DNA of 64,000 nucleotides from IMG/VR virus record IMGVR_UViG_3300005739_000025; one strand, given 5' to 3'. Each line of letters begins with the position of its first letter. The stretch's first letter is position 1. Shown piece after piece: positions 1 through 8,479 of the stretch. The DNA is from a virus (lineage: Duplodnaviria > Caudoviricetes). Below the pieces are notes generated by a model, which was not told the origin of the DNA, did not search any database, and saw only the letters and a list, made by a program, of their open reading frames with translations. The translations under genes and the position numbers were made by a program.

Positions 1-542
1 ATTCTTTCCCAGAATCTTTTCATTACTGGATCATCTATACCCGCACCAGCGTTTGTTTGTTTTGATGTTTCTGACGATGGCTCTTCTTTGTCTAGCTTAT
101 CTGCATTTTTTAAAGTGTAATTTGTTAACTTTTCTACACCTTTTTGTGATGGTTTTTTATCCATAACAACCCCATCTCTTTCGTCTTTAAGTACCCCTGC
201 TGCTTTTAAAGCATTGTATAATACTCTAGCTGAGTATTTTGAATTAGTGTTATTGATAGATGGTTTAATTTCTCTAATAACTGGAGCCAACTCCATTTCA
301 TAAAAGTCCTTATATAGTTTTGGGGACTTTCCACCCTTAGCTTTAAATGTGGATAAGAATTTTGAAAATACTTGCGATGTTTCTTCAGGTGTTAAGTCGT
401 ATTTACCTTTAGCTAATTCTGGAAACTCAGCTTTTACCTCTTCCCCTGATCCTGAATAGTCACCCATCTCTACAGGTGCTAGTTCGTTTAATACGTTTTT
501 CTTTTTATAAGCTTCAAAAATTAGATATGAGTCTTTGTCCAT
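1..542 (-). CDS. Hypothetical late protein, truncated by window edge (MDKDSYLIFEAYKKKNVLNELAPVEMGDYSG...); candidate capsid-internal protein; absent from ORF track
   Basis: Hand translation: ATG at 542 and no stop to position 1; TATAAATA 5 nt upstream; N-terminal LIFEAY motif. Confidence 0.75.
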   Translation of the reverse strand, partial: MDKDSYLIFEAYKKKNVLNELAPVEMGDYSGSGEEVKAEFPELAKGKYDLTPEETSQVFSKFLSTFKAKGGKSPKLYKDFYEMELAPVIREIKPSINNTNSKYSARVLYNALKAAGVLKDERDGVVMDKKPSQKGVEKLTNYTLKNADKLDKEEPSSETSKQTNAGAGIDDPVMKRFWER

Positions 543-570
543 TTGATTATTTATATTTTAGACATATAAT
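543..570 (+). promoter_or_regulatory. sigma70-type promoter
   Basis: TTGATT(543-548)-N16-TATAAT(565-570); ATG 8 nt downstream. Confidence 0.65.
548..555 (-). promoter_or_regulatory. T4-type late promoter TATAAATA
   Basis: Exact T4 gp55 consensus, 5 nt before ATG at 542. Confidence 0.7.
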
Positions 571-578
571 ATACAGAA

Positions 579-1238
579 ATGGATACGGTAATTTGTAGTT
601 TAACGAGAAATAAGGATAGATCCAATACAATATTATGGAGATCGTTGCAGAAAATAGGCGAGATTAAAATTAATATAGAAGATAACAACACTAAAAAAGG
701 TTTAAGTCAGTACTATAATGAGTGTATCGAAAAATTTAAAGATAGTGATTGTATAGTTTTCGTTCATGATGATGTTGATATTATTAGTTCTGATCTTTTA
801 TATCAACTCCGGGAAGGTTTTAAACGTTTTGATGTTATTGGTGTCGCTGGGTGTGTTAATCCTAAAATTTTAGATAGAAATTTATGGCATTGGATGGCCG
901 GAGATAGATCAAACTGCCGTGGAATAGCCGGGCACCCATATAGTGATTCTGAATTTTTCGTAACATCTTTCGGTCCTACACCTTCTAGAGTAGTAATTAT
1001 AGATGGAGTTTTAATGGCAATTAAAACTAAAAAGATTTACAATTCCGGAATACGATTTGACGAACAGTTTAGATTTCATCATTATGATATAGATTTTAGC
1101 TTGACCTGTAACACTAAAAAAGCTAAAATAGGGGTCTGGCCAATACTTATAAACCACCAATCACCTGGGCTAAAGGATTTTGACACAACATGGAACGAAA
1201 GTAATCAAAAATTTATAGACAAATGGAAAAACAAATAG
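579..1238 (+). CDS. GT-A fold glycosyltransferase (GT2-like, Glyco_tranf_2_5 type)
   Basis: YNECI...IVFVHDDVDI (DxD-type), DVIGVAG, IIDGVLMA, FDEQFRFHHYDIDFSL. Confidence 0.75.
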   Translation: MDTVICSLTRNKDRSNTILWRSLQKIGEIKINIEDNNTKKGLSQYYNECIEKFKDSDCIVFVHDDVDIISSDLLYQLREGFKRFDVIGVAGCVNPKILDRNLWHWMAGDRSNCRGIAGHPYSDSEFFVTSFGPTPSRVVIIDGVLMAIKTKKIYNSGIRFDEQFRFHHYDIDFSLTCNTKKAKIGVWPILINHQSPGLKDFDTTWNESNQKFIDKWKNK

Positions 1239-2548
1239 ACCAAGACCTTTACGAGTATATTATCTTCTATAATTGTCTTGTAGATAAAACGTATCTCTCT
1301 AGTATTAGTGATTACGTCAAACCCAGCATTTTTAAAAATAAAGATATTAAAGCTGTAATAGGTATTATTCTAGACTTCTTTAAAAAGAACGGCAACTTAC
1401 CCACAAACACTGAAATAAAGGTTTACCTCACTGACGATGCTCTTAAACAAAGCTTTAAAGCTGTACTCACTAAGCTTGTAGATATAGATAAAAAGTTTGA
1501 TAAAGAAGAACTTTATAAAAATACTGAAACTTTTCTTAAGGAAAGGCACGTCTTTAATACATTATTACAAGCCGCTGAACATTTAGATTCCAAAAATTTA
1601 GATACACACAAGCTTTTAGCTAAGATTGAACACGCTGTTAATATAGATCTATCTACAAACTATGGTACAAACCTACTAATAGATATAGATAACTTTTTAA
1701 CAGAGTTAAACAGAGATGAACCAGTTATACCTACCGGTTGGAAGTGGATGGATAATAAGCTTGATGGAGGTTTTTTAGAGAAAGGTCGAGCGCTTTATCT
1801 GTTTATGGGCGAAACTAACGTGGGCAAGAGTATCTTTTTAGGTAATATTGCTACGAACATAGCATTACAAGGTAAAAAAGTCTTGCTACTTACATTTGAA
1901 ATGTCGGAAGTAATGTATTCAAAGAGGCTGGCATCTTCTATTACCAAGATTCCTATGTCAGATCTCAGAAAAGATCAACAAACACTTAAACAATTACTTG
2001 TTGAGACAAGAGAACAAAAGAAAAATTCTGCCATATTAATTAAAGAATTTCCCCCTTCAACAGTTTCCCCCGGACAAGTTAGTGCATTTATTAAAAAACT
2101 TATTCAATCAGGCTTTCAACCTGATGCTATAGTTTTAGATTATTTAAATCTACTTAATTCACCTCATGGTATTAACAGTTATGAGAGGGTTAAATACATT
2201 GCTGAAAAAGTTAGGGCTATGAGCTATGAATTTAATTGTCCTATTATTAGCGCTACACAGGTTAATAGATCAGGCTTTAATGTTGATCAACCTGGTTTAG
2301 AAACAATATCAGAAAGTACTGGTCTTGCTGCTACAGCAGATGCAATATTTACAATATGGCAGAAAGACGAGGATAAAGAGATGGGAATAGTTAATCTTGG
2401 TTGTGTTAAGAATAGATTTGGTCCTAATTTTGGTAATACAGTATTAAGAGTAGACTATTATACACTATCTCTTAAGGAAGACGAAATGATTTCCGGTACC
2501 GATGAAGCGCTGGACTTCTCAAAATCTATAAACGCTTTAGTTGAATGA
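1223..2548 (+). CDS. gp41: Replicative DNA helicase, T4 gp41/DnaB-like
   Basis: IPTGWKWMD, Walker A GETNVGKS, TFEMS, Walker B IVLDYLN, SATQVNRSG, SESTGL..TAD, KNRFG. Confidence 0.93.
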   Translation: MEKQIDQDLYEYIIFYNCLVDKTYLSSISDYVKPSIFKNKDIKAVIGIILDFFKKNGNLPTNTEIKVYLTDDALKQSFKAVLTKLVDIDKKFDKEELYKNTETFLKERHVFNTLLQAAEHLDSKNLDTHKLLAKIEHAVNIDLSTNYGTNLLIDIDNFLTELNRDEPVIPTGWKWMDNKLDGGFLEKGRALYLFMGETNVGKSIFLGNIATNIALQGKKVLLLTFEMSEVMYSKRLASSITKIPMSDLRKDQQTLKQLLVETREQKKNSAILIKEFPPSTVSPGQVSAFIKKLIQSGFQPDAIVLDYLNLLNSPHGINSYERVKYIAEKVRAMSYEFNCPIISATQVNRSGFNVDQPGLETISESTGLAATADAIFTIWQKDEDKEMGIVNLGCVKNRFGPNFGNTVLRVDYYTLSLKEDEMISGTDEALDFSKSINALVE

Positions 2549-2570
2549 TTTTAATATTGGAATATATATT
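2541..2570 (+). promoter_or_regulatory. Possible sigma70-type promoter (weaker)
   Basis: TTGAAT(2541-2546)-N18-TATATT(2565-2570); GTG 5 nt downstream. Confidence 0.4.
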
Positions 2571-2575
2571 ATACA

Positions 2576-3466
2576 GTGAATGCTAATTATATACACGTTT
2601 TTACAGATGCAGATCTAGATGGTGCCATAAGCTACTTAACACTTTGTTGGTTTATTGGGAAGGATTTGCCTGTAACAGCAACCACAGAAAAAGCTTTTGG
2701 AGAAGATTTTAAGAAATTTTCTCTTAGCAATGACATAAACAATTATACAAGAATTTATGTTCTTGATATAGACATTTGTAGTTACGCATCTCAATTAGAT
2801 AGACCTAATTTTAGTTTAGTCGATCACCATTTAGGTAGTATTGAATGTGGGTATAATTTTAAACACGCAAGACACAAGATAGAGGACAGTGGTAGTACAT
2901 GTAAGCTTTTATACAACGTATTAAAAAATCATTATAATAAGGATATTGATGCATCTAAAAAACTATTAGTGTCTATTGGTCATGATTATGATAGCTACAC
3001 ATTAAAAAATAGAGAGCTCTCTATTGGGTTAAATATGTTGTTTTGGAACTTGCAAGGCAATAGACTAGAAAAATTTAAAGAGAGATATAAAAACGGTTTT
3101 AAAGAATTTACCAACGAAGATTTAAAAATAATTTCTTTTTATAAAAATAAAATTAATAAACATTTACAAGATAATCATATTTTTTCTGGTGTGATTCCTA
3201 TGGGCGGAAAAAATGTAAAGGTTTCATCTGTATTTGCAGACTTTTGTATCAATGAAGTTGCACAAGAAGTTCTTACAAGAACAAATAGCGAAGTTGCAAT
3301 TATAGTTAATCCAAAAACTGAATCAGTATCTTTTAGAAAAGCTTCGGGGTCTGATTTAAATGTGGCTAAGCTTGCGGCAAAAATAGCTGACGGTGGTGGT
3401 CATCCAAGTGCTGCTGGGGGTAAAATAACAGAAAGCTTTATGGAGTTCACAAAATTACTAAAATGA
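2576..3466 (+). CDS. DHH/DHHA1 family phosphoesterase
   Basis: TDADLDG, VLDID, LVDHH, HDYD, SVSFR, GGGHPSAAG. Confidence 0.9.
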   Translation: MNANYIHVFTDADLDGAISYLTLCWFIGKDLPVTATTEKAFGEDFKKFSLSNDINNYTRIYVLDIDICSYASQLDRPNFSLVDHHLGSIECGYNFKHARHKIEDSGSTCKLLYNVLKNHYNKDIDASKKLLVSIGHDYDSYTLKNRELSIGLNMLFWNLQGNRLEKFKERYKNGFKEFTNEDLKIISFYKNKINKHLQDNHIFSGVIPMGGKNVKVSSVFADFCINEVAQEVLTRTNSEVAIIVNPKTESVSFRKASGSDLNVAKLAAKIADGGGHPSAAGGKITESFMEFTKLLK

Positions 3467-3741
3467 TTAATAAAGAATTAGAATATAGAGAAAATTTACA
3501 CCTATTCAGAACCTTTTGTAGTTTCTTGTGTATTGTTTACAGTAAAAAATATAATATGGCAAACATATTGTTATTATATCTACAGAACAAAGGTGTGAGA
3601 GACCTATTTAAGGAGCTTTTATCTGTTAATACAGATTTTGAATCTATCAAAATATTTTTAGAATTTGACCCTACACTTTATAAAAGTAAGTATATAATGA
3701 AGTATCTTAATAATTTTAAGAACAAAAGAATACTTCAATGA
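3463..3741 (+). CDS. Hypothetical protein
   Basis: 92-aa ORF overlapping both neighbours at start/stop (coupled). Confidence 0.65.
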   Translation: MINKELEYRENLHLFRTFCSFLCIVYSKKYNMANILLLYLQNKGVRDLFKELLSVNTDFESIKIFLEFDPTLYKSKYIMKYLNNFKNKRILQ

Positions 3742-4415
3742 GAAATACTGATATAAAGCATATCTATAATACATTTCTAAGAATATCTCGACAAAAACAA
3801 AATAAGCCCTTTAAGCTTAGATCGAACTGGGATGATTTTGAAAAATCTGATTTTTACTTACCTGTTTTAAAACTTAAAAACTTTTTTGATAGAAATTATA
3901 CGGTTAATATAGAGGATTATTTTTTATCTCCTTATGAAGTTTATGAAGAAAAAACTTACTACGATTTAGACTTCTATAATACTTTATCAGCTGTGAAGGT
4001 TTATAATATTTTTTGTGGTAAGAAAAATCAGTTAGACGCTGATAATGAAATACAGGTAAATTCTATTCTAAGAGGTTTAAAATTTATAAAAAAATTCTGT
4101 ATTGAAAAAAATATAAGCCTGTCAGATTATTTAAATTATCTAGAACCTGGAGCTGTTGTTAACAGCTTTATTATTCACTTAAAAGAAAAAAATATTAGCG
4201 TTTACAATCTTTTTACCTTTAAAGACTTTGACAAAATTTACTCCAGAAACGATTTTGATACTTTAAGATTCATATTGAACGATTTACCTTTAAAACTGTC
4301 CATTTTAAGAGCTAAATTTTATAACTCTAAAAAAGGTAAAAGCATAGCTATTAACGGTTTAAAAATTATTGAAAAAGAAATTAACCAAAATCTTCTTGAT
4401 AAATCGAAGAAATAG
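3738..4415 (+). CDS. Probable gp59-like helicase loader
   Basis: 225 aa, basic/aromatic, immediately upstream of gp32 as in T4 (59-32); call is mainly positional. Confidence 0.45.
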   Translation: MRNTDIKHIYNTFLRISRQKQNKPFKLRSNWDDFEKSDFYLPVLKLKNFFDRNYTVNIEDYFLSPYEVYEEKTYYDLDFYNTLSAVKVYNIFCGKKNQLDADNEIQVNSILRGLKFIKKFCIEKNISLSDYLNYLEPGAVVNSFIIHLKEKNISVYNLFTFKDFDKIYSRNDFDTLRFILNDLPLKLSILRAKFYNSKKGKSIAINGLKIIEKEINQNLLDKSKK

Positions 4416-4423
4416 TATACATT
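4396..4423 (+). promoter_or_regulatory. sigma70-type promoter of gp32
   Basis: TTGATA(4396-4401)-N16-TACATT(4418-4423); ATG 6 nt downstream. Confidence 0.55.
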
Positions 4424-4429
4424 TATAGT

Positions 4430-5290
4430 ATGAATAAATTCACTCCTTCAATGTTCGAAAGTATTAAAAATGCATTACAAAAAAATTCACAACAGTCTTC
4501 TTACAAAAACATTCTTAAGACAGAAGTGGGTAATTCTTATACCGTTAGACTTTTACCTAATGTAAAAGATCCTAGCAAGACTTTTTTCCACTTTTATTCT
4601 GTTGGTTGGACTTCTTTTGCTACTGGTCAGTATATTACATACTTGAGCCCATCTACTTTTGGTGAGCGTGACCCTGTCTTAGAAGCTAAGTATCGCATTC
4701 TTCGTAATGATAATGAAGACGAAGAGCTTAAGAAAAAAGCTAATGCTGTATTGCGTTCTGAAAAATGGCTAGTTAACGCCTATGTAGTTAAAGATCCCAA
4801 GACTCCTGAGAACGATGGTAAGGTTATGATCGTTCGTTATGGTAAACAGCTTCAAAAGATTATTATGGATGCTATTGAAGGTGAGGGTTCTGAAGATTTC
4901 GGTCCAAGAATCTTTGATCTATCCTCCAACGGTTGTAACTTTGTTATCAAGGTTGAGAAGCAAGGCGATTATCCAACCTATGTTAGTAGTAAGTTTGGTA
5001 TGCCTAAAGCTATTGAAGGTCTTGATGAAAGTAAGATCGAGTCAATCTATAACAGTACATCTGATTTGACCTCAGTACTTCCAGTTAAGAGCTTTGAAGA
5101 GATTCAAGGTCTTCTTAACGAACACTTCTATTGTAATGAAGATGTCCAAGAAAAAGTTACTTCGTCTGCTGTTGTTAGTACACCTTCAAAGACTATGTCT
5201 GATTCCGTTACCGTTACTGACAGTTCTGATGAGTTGGTGGATGAAAATAAGGTCAACGAACTCCTTAAAGGGCTTGACGAATTAGTCTAA
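4430..5290 (+). CDS. gp32: Single-stranded DNA-binding protein, T4 gp32-like
   Basis: VRLLP, DPV, NAYVVKDPKTPENDGKV..RYGKQL, FDLS.GCNFVIKVEKQG.YPTY..SKF, acidic C-terminal tail. Confidence 0.92.
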   Translation: MNKFTPSMFESIKNALQKNSQQSSYKNILKTEVGNSYTVRLLPNVKDPSKTFFHFYSVGWTSFATGQYITYLSPSTFGERDPVLEAKYRILRNDNEDEELKKKANAVLRSEKWLVNAYVVKDPKTPENDGKVMIVRYGKQLQKIIMDAIEGEGSEDFGPRIFDLSSNGCNFVIKVEKQGDYPTYVSSKFGMPKAIEGLDESKIESIYNSTSDLTSVLPVKSFEEIQGLLNEHFYCNEDVQEKVTSSAVVSTPSKTMSDSVTVTDSSDELVDENKVNELLKGLDELV

Positions 5291-5291
5291 T

Positions 5292-5771
5292 ATGGAAAAT
5301 GATGTACTAGATGTAGGTTCATTGCCTACCGATCCTAGAGAAATGGCTCTAAGGTTGTTAGGTATGACTGCTGCGGAGCTAAAAAGTATAGATGAAAAAG
5401 TTGTATCTGGTAGAAACTCTGTTGGTGGGATTAGAACAGATATTAATAAAATTGTTCAAGATTTTAATAATATCAAACCTACAACTAATACAATTCCTAC
5501 ACAGCAGGGTATATCAGCTCCTCCACAACCTGTTCAGGTAGTTCATCAACCTATAACACAACCAATATCTGCTCCTGCGGTTGTACAAGTAGAAGAGGAA
5601 AATAAAAATCAATTAGAATTTGACTTCTATAAGGCTATTAAACCAGAAGATCTAGAGTATAGATTGAGATTGATAGAGCAATCTCTTCAAGATATAACTG
5701 GAAAAATAGATTTAGTGATTAATATTATAAAAAAAAATACTCAGGACCTAAATGGAAGTCACGACGAATAA
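5292..5771 (+). CDS. Hypothetical protein with P/Q-rich linker, QLEFDF motif and C-terminal coiled coil
   Basis: 159-aa ORF between gp32 and gp45. Confidence 0.7.
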   Translation: MENDVLDVGSLPTDPREMALRLLGMTAAELKSIDEKVVSGRNSVGGIRTDINKIVQDFNNIKPTTNTIPTQQGISAPPQPVQVVHQPITQPISAPAVVQVEEENKNQLEFDFYKAIKPEDLEYRLRLIEQSLQDITGKIDLVINIIKKNTQDLNGSHDE

Positions 5772-6486
5772 TAAATTTTTTAAGAAACTTTTTCTCGAAC
5801 AAATAAGTAGAATTTCTGATAACGCGGTATTCGTACTAAGCAATAATTTGTTAGAGTGTAAAACTTGTACACCTGATAACTCTGTAATATTAGGCTTAAA
5901 GTTTAAAGTAATAACTAAAGATAATATTGATACTCCAATTACTATTAACGTAGGGGATATTAAAAAGTTAATACGTGCTTTTGATTGTATTGAAGATGAA
6001 AATATTACGTTTAAATTAGAAAATAACAATATCACTTACTCTGATAAAAATGTTAAATTTAAATACCATTTGCTAGAGAACGGTATTATTAATCAACCAA
6101 AAGTCAATCTTCAAAAACTTGATCAACTAGAGTTTGATGGTACATTTTCGTTGACAGATAAAACGCTAATCGATTTAATTAAAGCTAGTACTTTCTCTAC
6201 AGATTCAAATAAAATTTATATCTCGTCTAATGAAAATTTATTGAAAGGTAATCTAACTGATAAAGCAAAATATAATGTGGATAGTTTTGAAATTAATGTA
6301 TCAGATAATTATACAGGTAAATCAGTTGAAAATCTCTGCTTAAATTTTGAGGTATTTAGAATTCTTAGTACATCTAAAGTCAATAAGCTAGATTGTAAGA
6401 TTTCTTCCAAAGTTGGAGTTGTTTTATTTAGTTTTGAGAATAATATAATTACATCAAAGTATATAGTATCAGCTCTAACAAAATGA
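5752..6486 (+). CDS. gp45: Sliding clamp, T4 gp45-like
   Basis: 244 aa, two-lobed beta-rich pattern, FKYHLLENGII..P linker, CLNFEVFRIL, SKYIVSAL C-terminus; replication context. Confidence 0.75.
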   Translation: MEVTTNNKFFKKLFLEQISRISDNAVFVLSNNLLECKTCTPDNSVILGLKFKVITKDNIDTPITINVGDIKKLIRAFDCIEDENITFKLENNNITYSDKNVKFKYHLLENGIINQPKVNLQKLDQLEFDGTFSLTDKTLIDLIKASTFSTDSNKIYISSNENLLKGNLTDKAKYNVDSFEINVSDNYTGKSVENLCLNFEVFRILSTSKVNKLDCKISSKVGVVLFSFENNIITSKYIVSALTK

Positions 6487-6872
6487 AAAAGCCTAAAAAT
6501 ACAATTAGAACACCATCTTACTTTTGCAAAAGACTAAAGGATAATAATTTTATTGTTTTTAAGGTTTTTAATAATTATGGTAAACACGATCCAAGAAGAT
6601 GGACTGTGTTAGTTGATCCAGGTGGAGCCTCAGTGTTTATTACTTGTTACACAAACAAGGAATTCTCAGGGGATATTATGTTTGAATTTTCTGATGGTGG
6701 TCAAAGATTTCCAAAAAACTACAGCCTCAAGACAGAAAGTATTGAAGTGGTTATAAGTCACTTGATTAATAGGGGAGTTAGTAACAATGCTAAGCAGTCT
6801 CCTTTGTATTTTTTACCTAAATACTTTAGTAGTAATGTCAGAGAAACCGAACAAGAAGTCAAAAATGGATAA
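6483..6872 (+). CDS. Hypothetical protein
   Basis: 129-aa ORF, ATGA overlap with gp45. Confidence 0.7.
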   Translation: MKKPKNTIRTPSYFCKRLKDNNFIVFKVFNNYGKHDPRRWTVLVDPGGASVFITCYTNKEFSGDIMFEFSDGGQRFPKNYSLKTESIEVVISHLINRGVSNNAKQSPLYFLPKYFSSNVRETEQEVKNG

Positions 6873-7146
6873 GCTATCTGCTCCAGAAAAAGCTCACATT
6901 GAAGAACTGCTCAAAAGCGCAATGCAGGATTATGCAGTTCGTCAACACAAGTTTATAAAGGATAAAGAAGAGCTTGCCAAAAAGTTATCTAGCATTATTT
7001 CAGAATATCTTGGCCCGTTCATGATTATTGGATATGACACAAAAGGCGAACCCTTTAATATTTTACACACCTCTTCACAATTAGATCTTGATGCTCTAAT
7101 AACCGCAATAAATAAGTTCATATTTAATATTCATAACAACCAATGA
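6865..7146 (+). CDS. Hypothetical protein (start at 6865 or 6835 more likely than 6787)
   Basis: ATG 6865 overlaps upstream stop; ends in ATGA overlap with next gene. Confidence 0.6.
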   Translation: MDKLSAPEKAHIEELLKSAMQDYAVRQHKFIKDKEELAKKLSSIISEYLGPFMIIGYDTKGEPFNILHTSSQLDLDALITAINKFIFNIHNNQ

Positions 7147-8006
7147 AAACTATTTTACTCTTAGGCAACGGATTTTTAGGTAGTAACCTATCAAACTTTT
7201 TCTCACAAAACAATGTAGATTATAATATTTATAATAGGTCAATGTTAGATTATACTAACCCGGATGTACTTAATAATTTTTTAGATAATAATAAAGATAA
7301 ATTTTTTGCGGTCATCTCTTCTTTTGGTTACACTGGTAGACCCAACGTAGATGGATGTGAGGCAAATAAAGAAGATTGTTGGAATTTTAACGTTACATAT
7401 CCTCTAAACGTAGTTAAAGTTGCAAACGACCACAAACTACCCGTTATACATGTAAGTAGTGGTTGTATTTATAGTGGTTATGATAAAGTATATACTGAAG
7501 ATGATAAACCTAATTTTGGTTTGTTTTCTGATGACAGTAGTTTTTATAGTAAATGTAAACATGCCGGTGAACTGGCATTAGATGGTTATTGTGTTTATAT
7601 TTTAAGAATAAGAATACCTTTTACAAATACATTTGTACCTAAAAATTATTTTACTAAACTTTATAAGTATAACGACCTAATAGACATGTCAAATAGTGTT
7701 ACTAGTGTAACAGATTTTAATAATTTTGTTTTTAGATTTATGTATTTGCTTAGAGATTTGCCTGGCGGTATCTACAATACAGTTAATCCACAACCAGTAA
7801 AGGCATCTGAGGTTGTTGATATAATGAAAAAATATGGAATAGAAAATCCTAACTGGAACTTTATAGATGTTAAGGATTTAAATACTATAGCAAAAAGAAG
7901 CAATTGTGTTCTGAGTACAGAGAAGATAGAAAAATATAATCTTCCGTTCCCCAATACATTGGAATCATTAGAAAGAGATATTAAGGTTTTTAGAGGTTAT
8001 ATTTAA
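7143..8006 (+). CDS. NDP-4-keto-6-deoxyglucose 3,5-epimerase/4-reductase (NRS/ER, RmlD-like extended SDR)
   Basis: GNGFLG NAD(P) site, GYTGRPNVDGCE, SSGCIY, PNF..SFYSKCK (YxxxK), LRIRIP, NYFTKL. Confidence 0.85.
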   Translation: MKTILLLGNGFLGSNLSNFFSQNNVDYNIYNRSMLDYTNPDVLNNFLDNNKDKFFAVISSFGYTGRPNVDGCEANKEDCWNFNVTYPLNVVKVANDHKLPVIHVSSGCIYSGYDKVYTEDDKPNFGLFSDDSSFYSKCKHAGELALDGYCVYILRIRIPFTNTFVPKNYFTKLYKYNDLIDMSNSVTSVTDFNNFVFRFMYLLRDLPGGIYNTVNPQPVKASEVVDIMKKYGIENPNWNFIDVKDLNTIAKRSNCVLSTEKIEKYNLPFPNTLESLERDIKVFRGYI

Positions 8007-8359
8007 TGTTCTTTAAAAAGAGGTTTTTACCCACTAATAGAGGCTTCTACGCAGTTTTACATGGTACTTATAAAGGCAATTTTTTTGTTTTTATAAAACA
8101 AAACATTACCAGTTGTGTTTGTTTTACTTTACCAGATAAAGAAGTTCTTACTGTCCCGTTAAATGATTTTTCTAAGGCACTCTCTTCTGGAATTATAGAA
8201 TTTATAGAAAAACTACCTAAAAAGGTATATACAACAGTTGAAGAAGAATTTATTAAGATAAATAAGTTTAATGGATATAGTAGAGCCCAGAAAAATAACA
8301 AGCCCGATAAGCGGCTTACCAGTAGAGCCCAGAATTGTAACAATACAGCACGGAAATAA
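8006..8359 (+). CDS. Hypothetical protein
   Basis: 117-aa ORF, TAATG coupling to previous gene. Confidence 0.6.
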   Translation: MFFKKRFLPTNRGFYAVLHGTYKGNFFVFIKQNITSCVCFTLPDKEVLTVPLNDFSKALSSGIIEFIEKLPKKVYTTVEEEFIKINKFNGYSRAQKNNKPDKRLTSRAQNCNNTARK

Positions 8360-8450
8360 AATTGTTAAAGAGGCTCATTGGATAGATCCCGCTTCAGGGA
8401 CATTTATAAGAAAAGGTATTATTTCAGTAGAAGAAGTAAAACCTAGTTGA
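8271..8450 (+). CDS. Small late protein, 59 aa (MDIVEPRKITSPISGLPVEPRIV...HWIDPASGTFIRKGIISVEEVKPS); absent from ORF track
   Basis: ATAAATA at 8258-8264, 6 nt before ATG; fills the gap before primase. Confidence 0.7.
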   Translation: MDIVEPRKITSPISGLPVEPRIVTIQHGNKIVKEAHWIDPASGTFIRKGIISVEEVKPS

Positions 8451-8474
8451 TATATTCTATTATTTTTTTATAAT
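8447..8474 (+). promoter_or_regulatory. sigma70-type promoter of primase
   Basis: TTGATA(8447-8452)-N16-TATAAT(8469-8474); GTG 5 nt downstream. Confidence 0.65.
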
Positions 8475-8479
8475 AATAG

